Origin: the human T2T-CHM13v2.0 reference genome, Homo sapiens
DNA: 64,000 nucleotides
Assembly: GCF_009914755.1 (NCBI RefSeq)
Contig: NC_060931.1
Reading direction: 5' to 3' (one strand)
Both the position numbers and the translations under genes were made by a program. The notes beneath the pieces are model-generated. The model saw nothing but the letters and a program-made list of their open reading frames with translations, did no database searches and was not told where the DNA came from. Every line of letters starts with the position of its first letter. Position 1 is the stretch's first letter. This document shows positions 15,609 to 32,079 of this stretch, piece after piece.

Positions 15609-17929
15609 CTAAGGACATGCTAAAAATGAGTTTTGGGCTCTCTGCCAAACTCTCATAGAGTGGATCTCTCAATAGAGTGAATGACCTTGAATGACTCTGG
15701 CCAATAACTTAAATTCTCAGATCCTGTCTCCACCCAAACTAGGCTAGGTGAGATCTCACAGGATGAAGAATCTGTGGTGTGTGCAGCCACTCATCCCTCA
15801 CCTACCCACAGGCTGGCACTGATTACTGAAGCCTGTCTTCCTGGGGATGAGACCTCAGACTCCCCCAAGCACTGAACTCAGGGGTCTCAGAGCACCTGTT
15901 AGTAGGAAAATTCTGCAGTTTGGTGAGTACACTGTAATGGCACAATCATTCATTTCAAATATTTAATTTATATTACTTTTTTTCCATTGTAAGAATAACT
16001 ACATTATAGGTACATTGAGAAACTGCAAATAAGCCAATAACAAAAACACATTTCTCACCCCAAGAGGAATGCCATGATAGCAGATAGACTGTCAATCTCT
16101 AAAAACTTGACAATGAATGTCTTCCTTCCCTCTCTCAGCTCCTAACCTCTCTGCTATTAGGAAGCCCCCAGATCCTGAGAGCTTTAGGCTCTCTCCCTCC
16201 CCGTGCCTGGGACACACCTCTGCATCCTCCCAGGGTATGATCCACTGGATGTGTCCCCCACCACCTGCTCAGACCATGACTTCTCCCCACTGCCTACACA
16301 CTGCCTCGTCCTCAAAGATCTACAAATATTCTTGGGAAATAAATCAAGAAAAATACTCAGAGTGAAATAAGTCAACTTCCTCAAATTTCAAACTCATCAT
16401 CTATTCATTTTCCAACTAGTGGTGCCACAAATTGCTCCAGACTGATGTATCAACATCAAAACCACACATTACTGATAGCAAAACACCCTATCTCTTGACA
16501 ACTGCAAAACCTTTGAGGAAGGCATTATCCTGGATCAGTAAGTTTTCTAGGGAGTGAGAGTAACACACCTTCCAGCAAGAGGACCTATTTTCATTTTCCC
16601 TCTTGTACATGTCGTACGTCATCCTCTTGGCTGCTTTCTTTCTTAAGCAGGGGCAAAGAATATAACGCAACCTTTACTGACTTCAGTCCTCTCTCTGAGC
16701 ATGATTGATGTCCACTGGGCTAATGAGGTGTAATGCTATTTGCTCCTAGGTAAATGGACTTACCCTGCTGGACTCCGTGAGTTCTAATGGCTCCTTTTGC
16801 TGGCCTCTCTCTTCCAATACTATACCGCTGCCAAAACCAACTCTTACTGAGGTGAACTTACAGGAATTTCCAGGGTCTTTTGTTCCTTCCTGTCTGCTAT
16901 AGGTTTAGATAATAAACATTCAAAGTTCTGTCATTGTATTTTTAAATAAAATGAAAAATAATAGTAATTATATTTTTATTTTCATTATGAAAAATTGTTA
17001 CATTTGTTCAAAATTTTTAAATGCACAATATTACAAGGTGAATAAAAATCACCCATAATCCCACCACCCAAATTAAACATCATTATATAAAACATATATT
17101 GTGCTCTTATTTTCTCTTTCTACAAAATTGGGACCATACAGTACCGTAACCTGTTTCCCTGTTTTTTTCACTCAGTAAATCTGAGCATCTTCTCAAATTA
17201 CTAGATATTTAACATATTTTAAGACAGAATAATAGTCTATCATCAGTGTATGTAATGTTTATCTGATCAGTCTTGTCTTTCCCTATTTCCTTTATTCTAG
17301 GGGAATATGCTATTGATTGAATTGAAATGGATATACATGCACACACATGCACACGTCATTGAAATAAATTCCTGGAATTGATGGGTTTAAATGTATGACC
17401 TTTGCAAGGCTTTTGTTAGACAGTAGCAAACCGCCTTCCAGAATTAGACCCACTTCTTCGCACTCACCAGCAAGAGTTACTTCTTAAAGAGGGCACACCA
17501 TGGCAGACATGATATCCTGTGCTTTACAGACGCCTCTTTCCAGTTCTCACAACAACTTCACAAAGAAGGCACTGTTGTCCCATGTTATAGACAAGGAAAC
17601 TGAGGCTCAGTACACAAGACAGCAGAGTTTCAAATGAAACCAGCACTCACTGGCAGCCTCTCAGGCTGTTACCACTGCACCACACGGCCCACTAAGCTCA
17701 TGAGCCTTTGGGAGCTCTCTACAGAGTCAACTCTATCTGCTTTTGTACACAGACTTCAACATCTCTTTTTCAACCCTTTGGGCATCTTTACTCAATTGGG
17801 TTCCTGGTGAGAGGCATGGCCAGGAATCTCTGCTTGGGTTATGAGCAGTAACAACAATCAGACAAAATTTGCCTAAAACTGAGAGGCCAAACTTCTAAAA
17901 ATAAAACTTCACATCTCAAAAATATTGTT

Positions 17930-18490
17930 AAGGAAAAAACTAAATATAGCATTACCCTACAATCCAGCAATTCCACTTCTAGATACATACCCCAAGGATT
18001 TGAAAGCAGGAACTCAGACCCTTGTATGTCAATGTTCACAGCAGCACTATTCCCAACAGCCACAAGGTGGAGGCAACCCAAGTGTCCCTCCCTCAACAGA
18101 TGATGGAAAAATAAAATGTGGTCCATCCACACAATGGAATATTATTTGGCCTTCAAAAGGAAGGAAATTCTGGCACATGCTACAACATGGGTGAACCCTG
18201 AAGACATGCTGAGCGAAGCCAGTTACAAAAGGACAAATAGTGTATGGTCCCACTTACATGAGGTACTAAGAACAGGCAAATCAAGTGACAGGAAGTAGAT
18301 TAGAGGTTACCAGGGACTGGGGAGAATTATTGCTTAATGGGTACAGAGTTTCTGTTTGGGGTGATAAGAGTTTTGGAAACAGATAAATGGTGATGGTTGC
18401 ACAACACTGTTCACATGACCAATGCCACTTAATGTACACTTATACAAACGACTAAAATGGTTAATTTTGTTTTATATATTTTTAATAAAG
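17930..18490 (+). mobile_element. L1MB-type 3' end
   Basis: ccagcaattccacttctag...atggaatattatttggcc...gctacaacatgggtgaacc...gggtacagagtttctgtttggg. Confidence 0.85.
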
Positions 18491-19249
18491 AAAGGTTTTT
18501 TCAAAATCGTCAAAAGTAATTCCAGCTATTGCAAAACCACCCCCTTTCAAAGAAAAGTACATCCCTCTCTGCTGTGTGCTGCTAAGAAATGTGGGATGCA
18601 TTTTTAGCAACTGTCACACAAAAATAAGCTGCTTACATTAGTTAGGAACAAGGTAATAAAACAGGAGCAATAAATCCTCTTTGCCAGATAGCAGTAACAG
18701 GTCAAGGAAAGTCACAGCTAATCTTTTATTCTAAACATCAGGTTCCATGCAAGGATCCAGGCCACTCTGGATCAAACATACCATGTAAAGCTACAGCCTA
18801 TGATGGCAGCATCTGATTATGCCTCGAAAATTAAGGAAGCAGGAAAGAACCGCACTGTATGTTTGTTAGATTTGGTCATAGGTCCCAAAGCATCTCGTTA
18901 AAAAGAATCCCCAAAGTTGAACTTGGTGTCAGGCACAGAGATGGGAAAGGGAAGGCACTGACTCCTGTAGGCTGTGCTGTGGGCTGAACCACCCCCACCC
19001 CACCCCAGGGAGGGAAGGAGCCTTTGTACCCAGTGCCAGGGAGCTGCAAGCCCCAGGTCCATTCTGCACAGACTCACAGGGCTGTGAACACGCCAAGAGG
19101 GAGGATGAACACTCTGCACTTGGACCCACTTAAAAGAAGGATCTGTGTCTTTCTGTTCCATCTAACAGCCCTCAGAGCACAGGCTTCCTTGATTTCCAGC
19201 TCAGTTGGTTTCCATTTTTCTTGTGAAATGAGTATCCAGAATCAGACAC

Positions 19250-22450
<3,201 letters not shown>

Positions 22451-22486
22451 CGTCTTCCTCAAGAAGTACTTTTCATCATTCTTCTA

Positions 22487-22779
22487 GGCCAGGCACTGCA
22501 GCTCACACATGTAAACCAAGCACTTCCAGTGGTCGACATGGGAGGATAGCTTGGGGAGTTCGAGACAAGCCTGGGAAGCCTAGCAAGGACCTATCTCTAC
22601 AAAATTTTTAAAACTAGCTGGGAGTAGTGGCGCACACCTGTAGTCCCAGGTACTCGGGAGGCTGAGGCTGGAGGATCACTTGAGTCTAGGAGTTCAAGGC
22701 TGCAGTGAGCTACGAGCTGCTCTCCGGCCTGGGTGAGAGAGCAAAACTTGGTCTCTTAAAAAATAAAAATAAAATAATA
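22487..22779 (+). mobile_element. Alu (AluJ-like, diverged)
   Basis: gaggatcacttgagtctaggagttcaaggctgcagtgagc right arm; A tail. Confidence 0.88.
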
Positions 22780-24693
22780 ATCATTCGTTTGGTGAAGACT
22801 ACCAGTGACACATTTTTTTCTCAATCTTTGCCTGAGAAAGCTTTATTTGGCCTTCCCTAGTCAGTGATATGTTGGCATAACATTGTAGATGGATGGTTAT
22901 CCTTCCCCCTGCATCCTGCACTTGGGAGTACACTGCATTGCCTTCAGGCATTGCCCAGGGTGCCCAAGTCTTGCCTCATTTTGTCTTGTTGTGTTTCATA
23001 GTTTCTTGCCTTGTCTTACAGACATTATTCTTTCATGCATCTGTCTGAGCATTATAAACACATATTTCAAAGCCATGGTCACACTTTTTTTTGTTGCATA
23101 TAGGCTAAATTGGTAATCTCTTGGTTTTGTTAGCTATACCATATTTCTTAGTATGGGACTGCTTCATGTGCTTTTGGAATGCTGGTTTGTGGATTGTTTT
23201 GTTTTTCTTTTCCTGCCTCCCCCTCCCCACTGAGTGGTCAAGTCGGGACAGTCTGGAGCTGCTGCCTCATGGAAGACTGCAAGGTTGCAGTCTGCGTCAC
23301 TGCACTGGGAGGCTGCTTGGGTTAGCTCTGGCTGCAGGGCTGCATCCACTCTGTCTGGCTGCCTGGCCATGAGTTCACATGCACTACAATTCCTCCCAGG
23401 CAACGGCCCTTTTCCAGCATCTTTTGAAAAGAGGGGAGCCCCACCACAGCTCTCGGCTGGATACGGTGGGCCTGGCTCTGGCCCTGCTTCCCCAGTCACT
23501 GCCGGAGAAGGGAAAGCGCAGCCCTTTGTATTCCCTAGGACCTAGGCCAGCAGCACCCATGCCGCTTTGGGAGCCACAGCCCTGAGGAGACAGCACTATT
23601 CAATGCTCTGTGGACATGCCTGGGTCTGAGCAAGGCTGAGTCCTTTTGGCTTTCCCATTTTACATGCTATGTGTATGTAAAATGATTGAGAGGTGGCCAA
23701 TGTCAAGGGTGTGCTTAAAGGTATCAACCCTCTGGTCACGGAGCAGAGGTAGGGTTCAACATAGTGACGTGTTCATCCATTCCTTTAAGCCCTGTTTCAG
23801 GTGTGGGGATACATCCAAGACTCAGTTTCAACTGCATACGGTGTAACTCCACATCAGGGAAGAGAACCAGCTCTCTTCTACACAGAATGTGCTCCACGTT
23901 CTGTGCTGCAAATGTCCCTTAATTGAACTACTTTGGTATCTGTAGAATATTTGAGTGTACAATTTAAAGACAAAGGATAAAAGGTAAGCCTTAAAGAGTT
24001 CTTTCAGTGTAATTTTTTCTGGTTTCCTAATTCAAGTATTAACCTAAGTTTTTATATAAGCATTAACACCAAGGCTTACATTATTTCCATTTAAATGAGA
24101 TCACTTGTGAGCATACAACGTAACACGTTAAAATTTTCTTAAGCTTTGAAGTCAATACTAACAAATTGGTACCCTTTCCCCGCATCATGTCACTTCAAAG
24201 TTTTCTAAAAGATGATCCCAAAATTATGCTTGCCACAGAAAACCTTGACAGCTTTTATGAATCTTCTAACAATTGAGAAAACATTGCTTTGACTTCATGG
24301 TCAGATCCCAGCTTTTATTTTTATAGTCAACCTTTCTCATTAAGTAATTTAAGAAAATCTGAATATTCACATTCCCACCAGCTCTAGGACCTGTGATTTA
24401 CTGTACTTAAACTCTCCAATAAGCCAAACAACGTGCCACACGCACATTTCATTCTATTTAATCCTCAGGCTCCTCATCCTACGGCAAAGCTTCCATTTAT
24501 TCAATCTAATTTCCTAAGTAGTCTAATTTTCTAAAGGTAGTTCCCTTTCATTCCTTTCCCACAATGACCTCATCAGAAATTAAATATTAATAGAAGGAAC
24601 AGAATCACAGAAAGGTAGAGAAAGACCAAGAGTACATGCACCCAAAACCGTCTTAATTGGAAACATAAAAATGCCAAAATCAAGAGGATTCAC

Positions 24694-24792
24694 CTTGGAG
24701 TACCCTTCAATAGGTGACATCAAGTTGCCTTTCGGCTGAAACCTAGATAACTCGTATGAAACTGATCGTGAAGTTTTGCTCACTGAAGTTTG
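24694..24792 (-). other. GRB10: Candidate 99-nt cassette exon 200 nt downstream of the shared exon
   Basis: gtatttcctttcaattag|CAA ... TCCAAG|gtgaat; splice signals only. Confidence 0.3.
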
Positions 24793-24992
24793 CTAATTGA
24801 AAGGAAATACATGAAGATATCAGAACCAAGGATCTTTCTCTATTTGGGAATTCACTGTCCTTAATGAGAAAAGAAGAACCAATGTTAGAATTGTAATCTA
24901 TTAGTGTCAAGAGCAACATTTTAGAATATCAGATCTGGGCACTGCTGCAAAGCTAGAACTGGGAGTGTTCTTGTGTTTTGCTCATTCCTTAC

Positions 24993-25080
24993 CCTGGTGA
25001 TTCGCAAGTCGGTCAGACTGTGCGGGGAGTCCTGGTCCTGCCGGGTCTTGTTGACTGCGAGGTGTCTGCTCCACCTTGTC
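24993..25080 (-). CDS. GRB10: GRB10 shared exon (88 nt) [29 protein letters not shown]+G
   Basis: Acceptor cctgtttttttag|GAC with a CTCAC branch-point-like motif about 30 nt upstream; donor CAGG|gtaagg; translation matches GRB10 residues 18-46. Confidence 0.97.
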
Positions 25081-26311
25081 CTAAAAAAACAGGACCGCAG
25101 CAGAAAGGCTGTGAGTTCACAAGAAGCATCCCACTCTTTTCAACACCCAGCTTCCCCAGCATTTCCTTTCTTCCTCAATTCCTTACTTCCTTTCCACTTA
25201 CTTACTTTTTCCATTTTCAATGATAGTTGTTGAAAACAGACTGCATAAGGGAAGCTAATCATGAAAAGGTGCAAGCTGTTTGGCAAAGGAGTTAAAAGTT
25301 ACTCCTGTGTTTGGGCTTAAATAGCTTTCCCTGAATAGCAATTCAAAGAGAATTATTGCCAACTGCTCCAATTTAGGCAGTGAATAGAAATAATTAACAT
25401 TCCATGGAACACATGCATTTTCTGTAACAACTACAGGTAATCAAGTGCTGGGCGTTCTATTACCTGGGACAGAAACATCTAGAGAGTGTTTTATAAATGG
25501 TTCCCTCTACAAAATGTTAAGGAGCTCAGTGGCATTTTTTTAGACATTAGTGTGAGAACAACACTTTCAGGCAAAATGTAAAACAGCAATATTATGATCC
25601 TAAGCCCATAATTCTAGAAACACACCTGCATGGGACCAGAAGCCAATGAAAGATACATTCAAATGTGGGGAAAGAAATATTATCAGTGACTAACTTGGGG
25701 TAGAGAGATGTCTGTTTTCTCTTATAGATTTATAAAAATCTTTGACATCTTTATGATGCATATGTACCACTACTGTAATTAGAAAGGTTTGAACTGTGCC
25801 AAAAGTATAAGATGTGCCCCAGAACTACTAATATTAATACATTGTCACAAATATCATAGTTGACTTCAGCAAATTCCCTCCTATTCATGCAAAAGAGACC
25901 TTCCAGATTGCAAACTGAAGCACGTGAAACATCCAACATGCGAGGTGCTGGCGACAGCCAACATGCACACACAGCTCCCTCTGCCAAGCGGGGCTCTCGC
26001 CACAGAGGCGGCCACTGAGGCATGGGAAGGTGAGTTACCCTCACAACCCTCATCACCCAGTGGGTCCCGGCTGTTCTGGGTCTCGAACTACAGAGTCCAC
26101 ACTCCTTCCCACCACTCTGCAGTGCCCAAACTGCCCAAGAAACTCAAAAGGCACATTGATTTCAACAAGGTGCCCAAGCAGCAGGCCTTGGGAATGTGAC
26201 TCTTAATTTCTGCCTGAATGCTTCCCAGCAAGCAGTTTCTCTGCCCAGAGCCCTCCTTGCTCACGCATGAAATGGGATGGATGCTCACTTCTCTGCTGCG
26301 TGCACACTGAC

Positions 26312-26495
26312 CTGGGAGCAAACAGGTTTAGGTCTGGTCAACGCTGTGCTTCACGGACCACTCACAATGGGGGGAAGCAGAGGGTAGCCCAGGGGACAGA
26401 CTCCAGCAGGGTCAGCTCACCCACATCTACCACTTAGAAGGAGGATGTTTGTTCCCTGGGAGGCAAAGTTGCGTTCACACCTTCCTCCAGAATAT
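26312..26495 (-). other. GRB10: GRB10 alternative non-coding 5' or cassette exon (probably feeds the short isoform starting at a downstream Met)
   Basis: Donor CCCAG|gtcagt at 26310-26311; strong acceptor gttttattttgttttctccag|ATA at 26496-26497. There is an in-frame TGA and no in-frame ATG ahead of the DKVEQ exon. The 5' boundary could instead be a TSS. Confidence 0.65.
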
Positions 26496-27449
26496 CTGGA
26501 GAAAACAAAATAAAACGAACAAAGCCCTAAGGAAGGGAGACATTTTCACCAGCTTCTCTCTTTTTCCCCTTTCAAAAGAAATAGCTTTCTTTTCATTTTT
26601 TAATCGCAGATGTAAAACTTGCTAAGTATAAAAATTTATATTTTTGTATGCTAAAAAATGAACAAAAAATTAAAACGGAACCTCTCTTTTTATCAGAATA
26701 ACAAAAACAAAAACTACCATGTGCATCTGTGCAATGTTTGAATTATTTGTAGAGAACATGCATACTCTATTTGAGTCACATGGGGATTACAAATGATCCT
26801 GATAAACACTGAATCATAATTATCTTCCACATATTGTGTTTTAATATCGTTTTTGAAATTTTTCAGGCCAACAATCATCTCCATCAGCACTCTAGTGTAC
26901 CCCACCAAGTAGAAGTGTAGTGTAATTCATTTCACCAATATCCTACTAATGAAAATACAGGTTGTTGGAAATGTAAGCTTTCCACTAAGAAAGAGGGGAA
27001 AGACAGTTTGGAGCACACAGTGTCTGGGAGGAAAGGGCAAGGTCCCCAAGAACCTCCGCAACAGGCGCTGAGGAGGGAGCTGTGCTCCCCTGGCTATCTG
27101 AGAGGGTGGTACCTCCCAGCCCCAGCCCCTCAAGTTCAGCCATCCCCCATCTAGTTTCTGCAATTCCATGGCCAACATTTCCCACCCAGTCTGCTCTTTG
27201 GCATCTGAAATATTTTTCCTCTTTTCTGAATTTTACAACAATCCATGCAAAGAAAATTTTTATATAAATATCTAACCTAGAGTAGATAGAAAATTAGCCT
27301 AAATCATACAACAGTGGGATAATAGCATTCCCGTGGTCTTTGCACCTTTGTTGTACACAACTAGACACTGTTGAAGTGAGATTGTGTAAATAATTGTGTT
27401 TTCCTGTCCCTGTCTTCAACTATTTTAAAACTTCAGTAAATACTATTTT

Positions 27450-28750
27450 TTTCATATTCTAGACTACTCTAGTAGACACTCTGTAGTTGTTTTCAACTTT
27501 CAGACAGCATAAATAATGATCAAATAAACACCTTCGAGCACAAAACTTTGTCCACATTTCTGATTATTTGCTTAGGATCCCTAGAAGTAGAAGGACTAGG
27601 CCAGAGGCCACGTGCACTTTTTTAAGATTCTAGATACACACAGTCAAACTCTTCTTCACACACTCACCCTTCTACCCGGAGTGGAGGCAACCGCCTGTTT
27701 CATAACACCCAAGCCAGCCAGTGACTGTTTATTTTTCTGGAATTTTTTTCTGGCTAATTCCAGAGGTAAGCAGTGGCCCCACCCTGTGGTTTTAATATGC
27801 AGGTCTATAATGCTGAGGTTGAACATTTTTCATAAGCGAATTAGACCTTTATATTTCTTCTTTTGGGCTATCCTTTAACAGGTCAGCTAGACTAGATCCT
27901 GAGGGCACAAGGGGTTCCCAGTAAAAAATGTCCATGAATGAATCACAACCCTGATACTCATCAGCTAAGGGTTTGGGGCCAGTTACCTGGATTCTCTGAG
28001 TCAATCTGCTCATCTGTTTATGATGGAAAACAAGCCAGGCTGAGCCCTGGGTGAGCACCCATCCCTGGTGGCCCGCTGGCCTCCCAACCCTCTGTTACTG
28101 AACACCGACTTGCTTCCACTTCTCCCATGACGAGCTTTTTACGCAGTAGGCAAGTAAGTTCATTCACATTTGTAGCAAATGTTTTTCCCACTTTGCATGT
28201 CTTTAAATTTAATTATACTTTTGATTCTTAAAAGTATAATCCAATGTAGTCAAGTTTATTGACCTTATCTTTTTGGCTCATCATTTAACCGTGAAAATGA
28301 TTTGCAGCTTCTATCAAGAAAACTGAAAAACCTTCATTTGTGTTTTACTCTGATTCCTCTTCTGACTTGATGTATTACTCTTTCCTCTTCCTGACATTTA
28401 TTTTGGAGGATAGTAAAAGGAGAGAAAATACAATGACTCCTTCCCCCCAAAAGTAGTTGATCAGTTCTACCAGGCCCACTTAGCACCCAAGCCTTCCTTT
28501 TGTCTGATTTGGGAGGTGGTCACCCTGCTCACGTGTTATAATCTTACACACATCCAAGTGTTTCTCAGCCACCTCCTCACCGGTTCCACAGAGCTGCCCG
28601 CTCCCGGGCCGGCAATCCTACATTTTCCATTCTCACAGCCTGCCAACGTGTTTTCTCATCAGCAGAACATTTCCCCTCTTGCTTCTTTTATATGAATTCC
28701 TTAGTCATTTTCTTCCAAGCAAACATCAAAACAGTTTCAAAGTTTGCTTA
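27450..28750 (-). mobile_element. Degenerate old L1 (L1ME-type) fragments
   Basis: Reverse-complement L1 3' phrases (attatttgcttaggatccctagaagtaga, gtggttttaatatgca, aggttgaacatttttcata). Confidence 0.5.
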
Positions 28751-29156
28751 AATTATTAAAACATCTCATCTGAAATATTTACTGCTATGTATGTGAATAA
28801 TTACTACATACTGCTAATACAAATGTTGCTATTGGGTTGATCCCACAAGCACTGAGAGACTACATTCAGAAGACATGCTACCCCACGTATTTCAAAGGGT
28901 GGGTGGGACCAGCCTCCAGATCACCCAGGGCCTGCACAGCCCTGCTCCAGGCCTGTCCTGCAAGGAGCCCTAAGGCCCTGCAGGTTAACAAGCCCCTTGC
29001 GTGCTTCCTGTGCACTGTGAGGTATGAGGCCCATTCCTCTGTCAGATGACTGCTTTGCCCGAGACCTCCTCTTTTAAGTGCCAACCAGGCTCCACTGAGA
29101 CATCTATTTAGAAGACAAGTAACTTGCAAACCTAATTTAAGGCAACCTTGTCTAAA

Positions 29157-29339
29157 CAGTGTCACCAGATTTAGCAAATACAAATACAGGATGTCCAATT
29201 AAATTTGAATTTCGGATTAATAACTAATAATTTTTTGGTATAAGTATGTGGCAAATATTTCATGAGACTTATCCTTAAAATGTATTTGTAGCTTATCTGT
29301 AATTTAACTGGAGATACTATATTTTATCTTGCAACTCTA
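29157..29339. mobile_element. MER53 palindromic hAT MITE
   Basis: ccagatttagcaaatacaaatacaggatgtccaattaaatttgaattt...tataagtatgt...atttaactgg...attttatcttgcaactcta matches the MER53 layout. Confidence 0.85.
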
Positions 29340-29608
29340 TGCCTCAAACACTGTTAAAATCTGACAGGCCTGCATGACAAAGTATGGCAGTAAGAACAAA
29401 ATTTCAACAAGTGGCTCATTTGTTTATGAAATTCCAAGGTCAAAACAGAAATGTACCTTCTTTAATTCAATAGATAGACACTTCAGACATGAAGTCTGTT
29501 GTCTTGAGAAGCCAAGAAAGATTTCATGGTATGACAAATGATGGTGATTGTAAAATAAAGCCAAAACACAAAAGGCAGCAGGGAAAAAGTTAGCCACTGT
29601 GGCACTAA

Positions 29609-30144
<536 letters not shown>

Positions 30145-32046
30145 TGTGAGTCCGCTTTTTACTCAGAGCCCTTAATCACTATGCTCTCTACCTCTAGGGG
30201 AAGGTGAAAGGATGGGAGAGGGCAGCCAAGCTCCTTAATTAAAGTCCCACAGGTCACTTCACTAATGCTGAACTTTCCCAAATCCACATGCTTTAGAAAA
30301 ACTTGCCAAAGTCAGAACAAGCCCATCCAGCAAGATCAGGGCAGAAACACCACCTTCATAAAGATGAACACGAGAAGCCCTCCCTCTCCTAGGGTGACCC
30401 AGTCCCAGGCCCTGTGCTGAGCCATCTCCTGTAACAGAGCCCTCCAGTGGGTGAGGAGAATGGTTTCTGTCTGCTCCTCCATCCTGTGCCAGGCAGTGAG
30501 TCTGCCTGAGCTGCATCGACCAACAGCTGGTCCTCTGGCCCCCAGTGGTGGGCGGCCGAGGGAGCCAGGCCAGGCAGGAACATGGCCCGGGAGGCCAGCT
30601 GGGCTGTTCCTTCCGTAAGCCACGTTTTGGGGATTGCACAAATGCCCCCTGGCCTCACTCCCTCTCCTTGCTGGCCTCAGGCTGGGACCCACAACTCAGC
30701 TGCTTTCTCCAGACCCCTCCATTAAACTCTTTTTTTTTGCTCCCCACCCCCACCCCGCGCCCTCCGGAGGGTGCCTGCTGCAGACTGCCGAGACCCTGGC
30801 TAACAGAGGCAGGTGGCTTAACTTCCCTCACTCTGTGGATTAAGGGCTGGAGGTTTCAAAGAGTACACATAAAAAGTGACTCGTGGGAGGAAGAAAATGG
30901 TGAGCTGTGCTGTGGACTGTGGGCATGCCTGTTAGGGTACCAGGTGGCCTGGTGTGGCTGGTCCTCACCTTGGAGAACATGGTAGAAATGCAGGCTCCCA
31001 GGCCCCAGCCAGAGCTGCTAAGTCAGGCCCATGATGGGGGACCCAGGTGTCTATGTGTGAACTGCCCTTCCTAATGTAACGTGGCTCATACCTCCATGGC
31101 ACTCTAGGAGCCACAACCCAGCTGGTGTTCCTTGACTCCAAAGTGACTGCTGTATGCCTCTCACAGCACTCGGCCCTGGGTGCTCACTATGTAGAATGTT
31201 CTCTACCCCATCCACCATGCACACCCCATCAACCCATCCTCAAGGCTCATCCCTTTGGCACTTTCTCTGACAACCCCAACGAAAAGTCTACCTCCTCGTA
31301 CCTTACCCAGCAGCCCTGCTTTAATTCCAAGCAGGAAGTAACAAGGGTGAATGGATTGGTGCCCACCCTCTCCCCAGAAACGGGCCTCCTTGACTCATCC
31401 TCACAACCCCAGCACATGGCCCAGCCTCACCCCAAGATCTTGGGGAGAGAAGCCTCTGCTTCTCTGTGAGGATAGAGGGACAAGAATGCTCCACCACCCA
31501 CCTTTCAAAGCCCAGGCTTCAGCAAAAAGCATCACAAGGTAGCCTGGGCACAAAACAGCGAGGAAGCAGCCCCTACCACCAGTCATTGGCGTTCCGTTTC
31601 AACTAGAGCATCAAATGCACTCTTGCCTCTGCTGGGTACCAACTAAACACTACAAGATGCACAAGAGGAACCAGCCCCAGAGAACCAGGGTATGTTGTTC
31701 ATTGGGCGATTCAGGCAGTTTTCTTATCTAAAACTGCAACACACGGATGGAGGGGCAGCGGGAAAACTGGATGAGAGGAGTGCCATCATCAGTGCGGCGG
31801 GCACTGCAGGTGACAAATGGAAGGACTGCACAGCAGGCTGGACACTGGCTCAGATCCCAGGCCCCCACATGCTGGTTAGTCTTGGGACTCAGGGCAACTG
31901 CCTCACCTTCGGGGTATCTCCACACCTTCCTGAGGCAGAACGACCACTTCATAGGTCACTTCTGAGGTTCAAATTAAAATAACATAAATAAAGGGCTTGC
32001 CCAGCAACTAAAGGTACTGAGTGTTCGGTAGACAGCGGGCACTGAC

Positions 32047-32079
32047 CTTACTACGGAACAGAGGGCCGGCAGCTTGCAT
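32047..32079 (-). CDS. GRB10: GRB10 alternative N-terminal coding segment MQAAGPLFRSK; exon probably 32047-32162
   Basis: Minus strand ATG CAA GCT GCC GGC CCT CTG TTC CGT AGT AAG|gtcagt is phase 0 and joins the DKVEQ exon in frame. It matches the alternative GRB10 N-terminus I recall (6 aa shorter than the MALAG form). Upstream acceptor ccttctgtgccgttctccag|GTT at 32163-32164. Confidence 0.88.
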
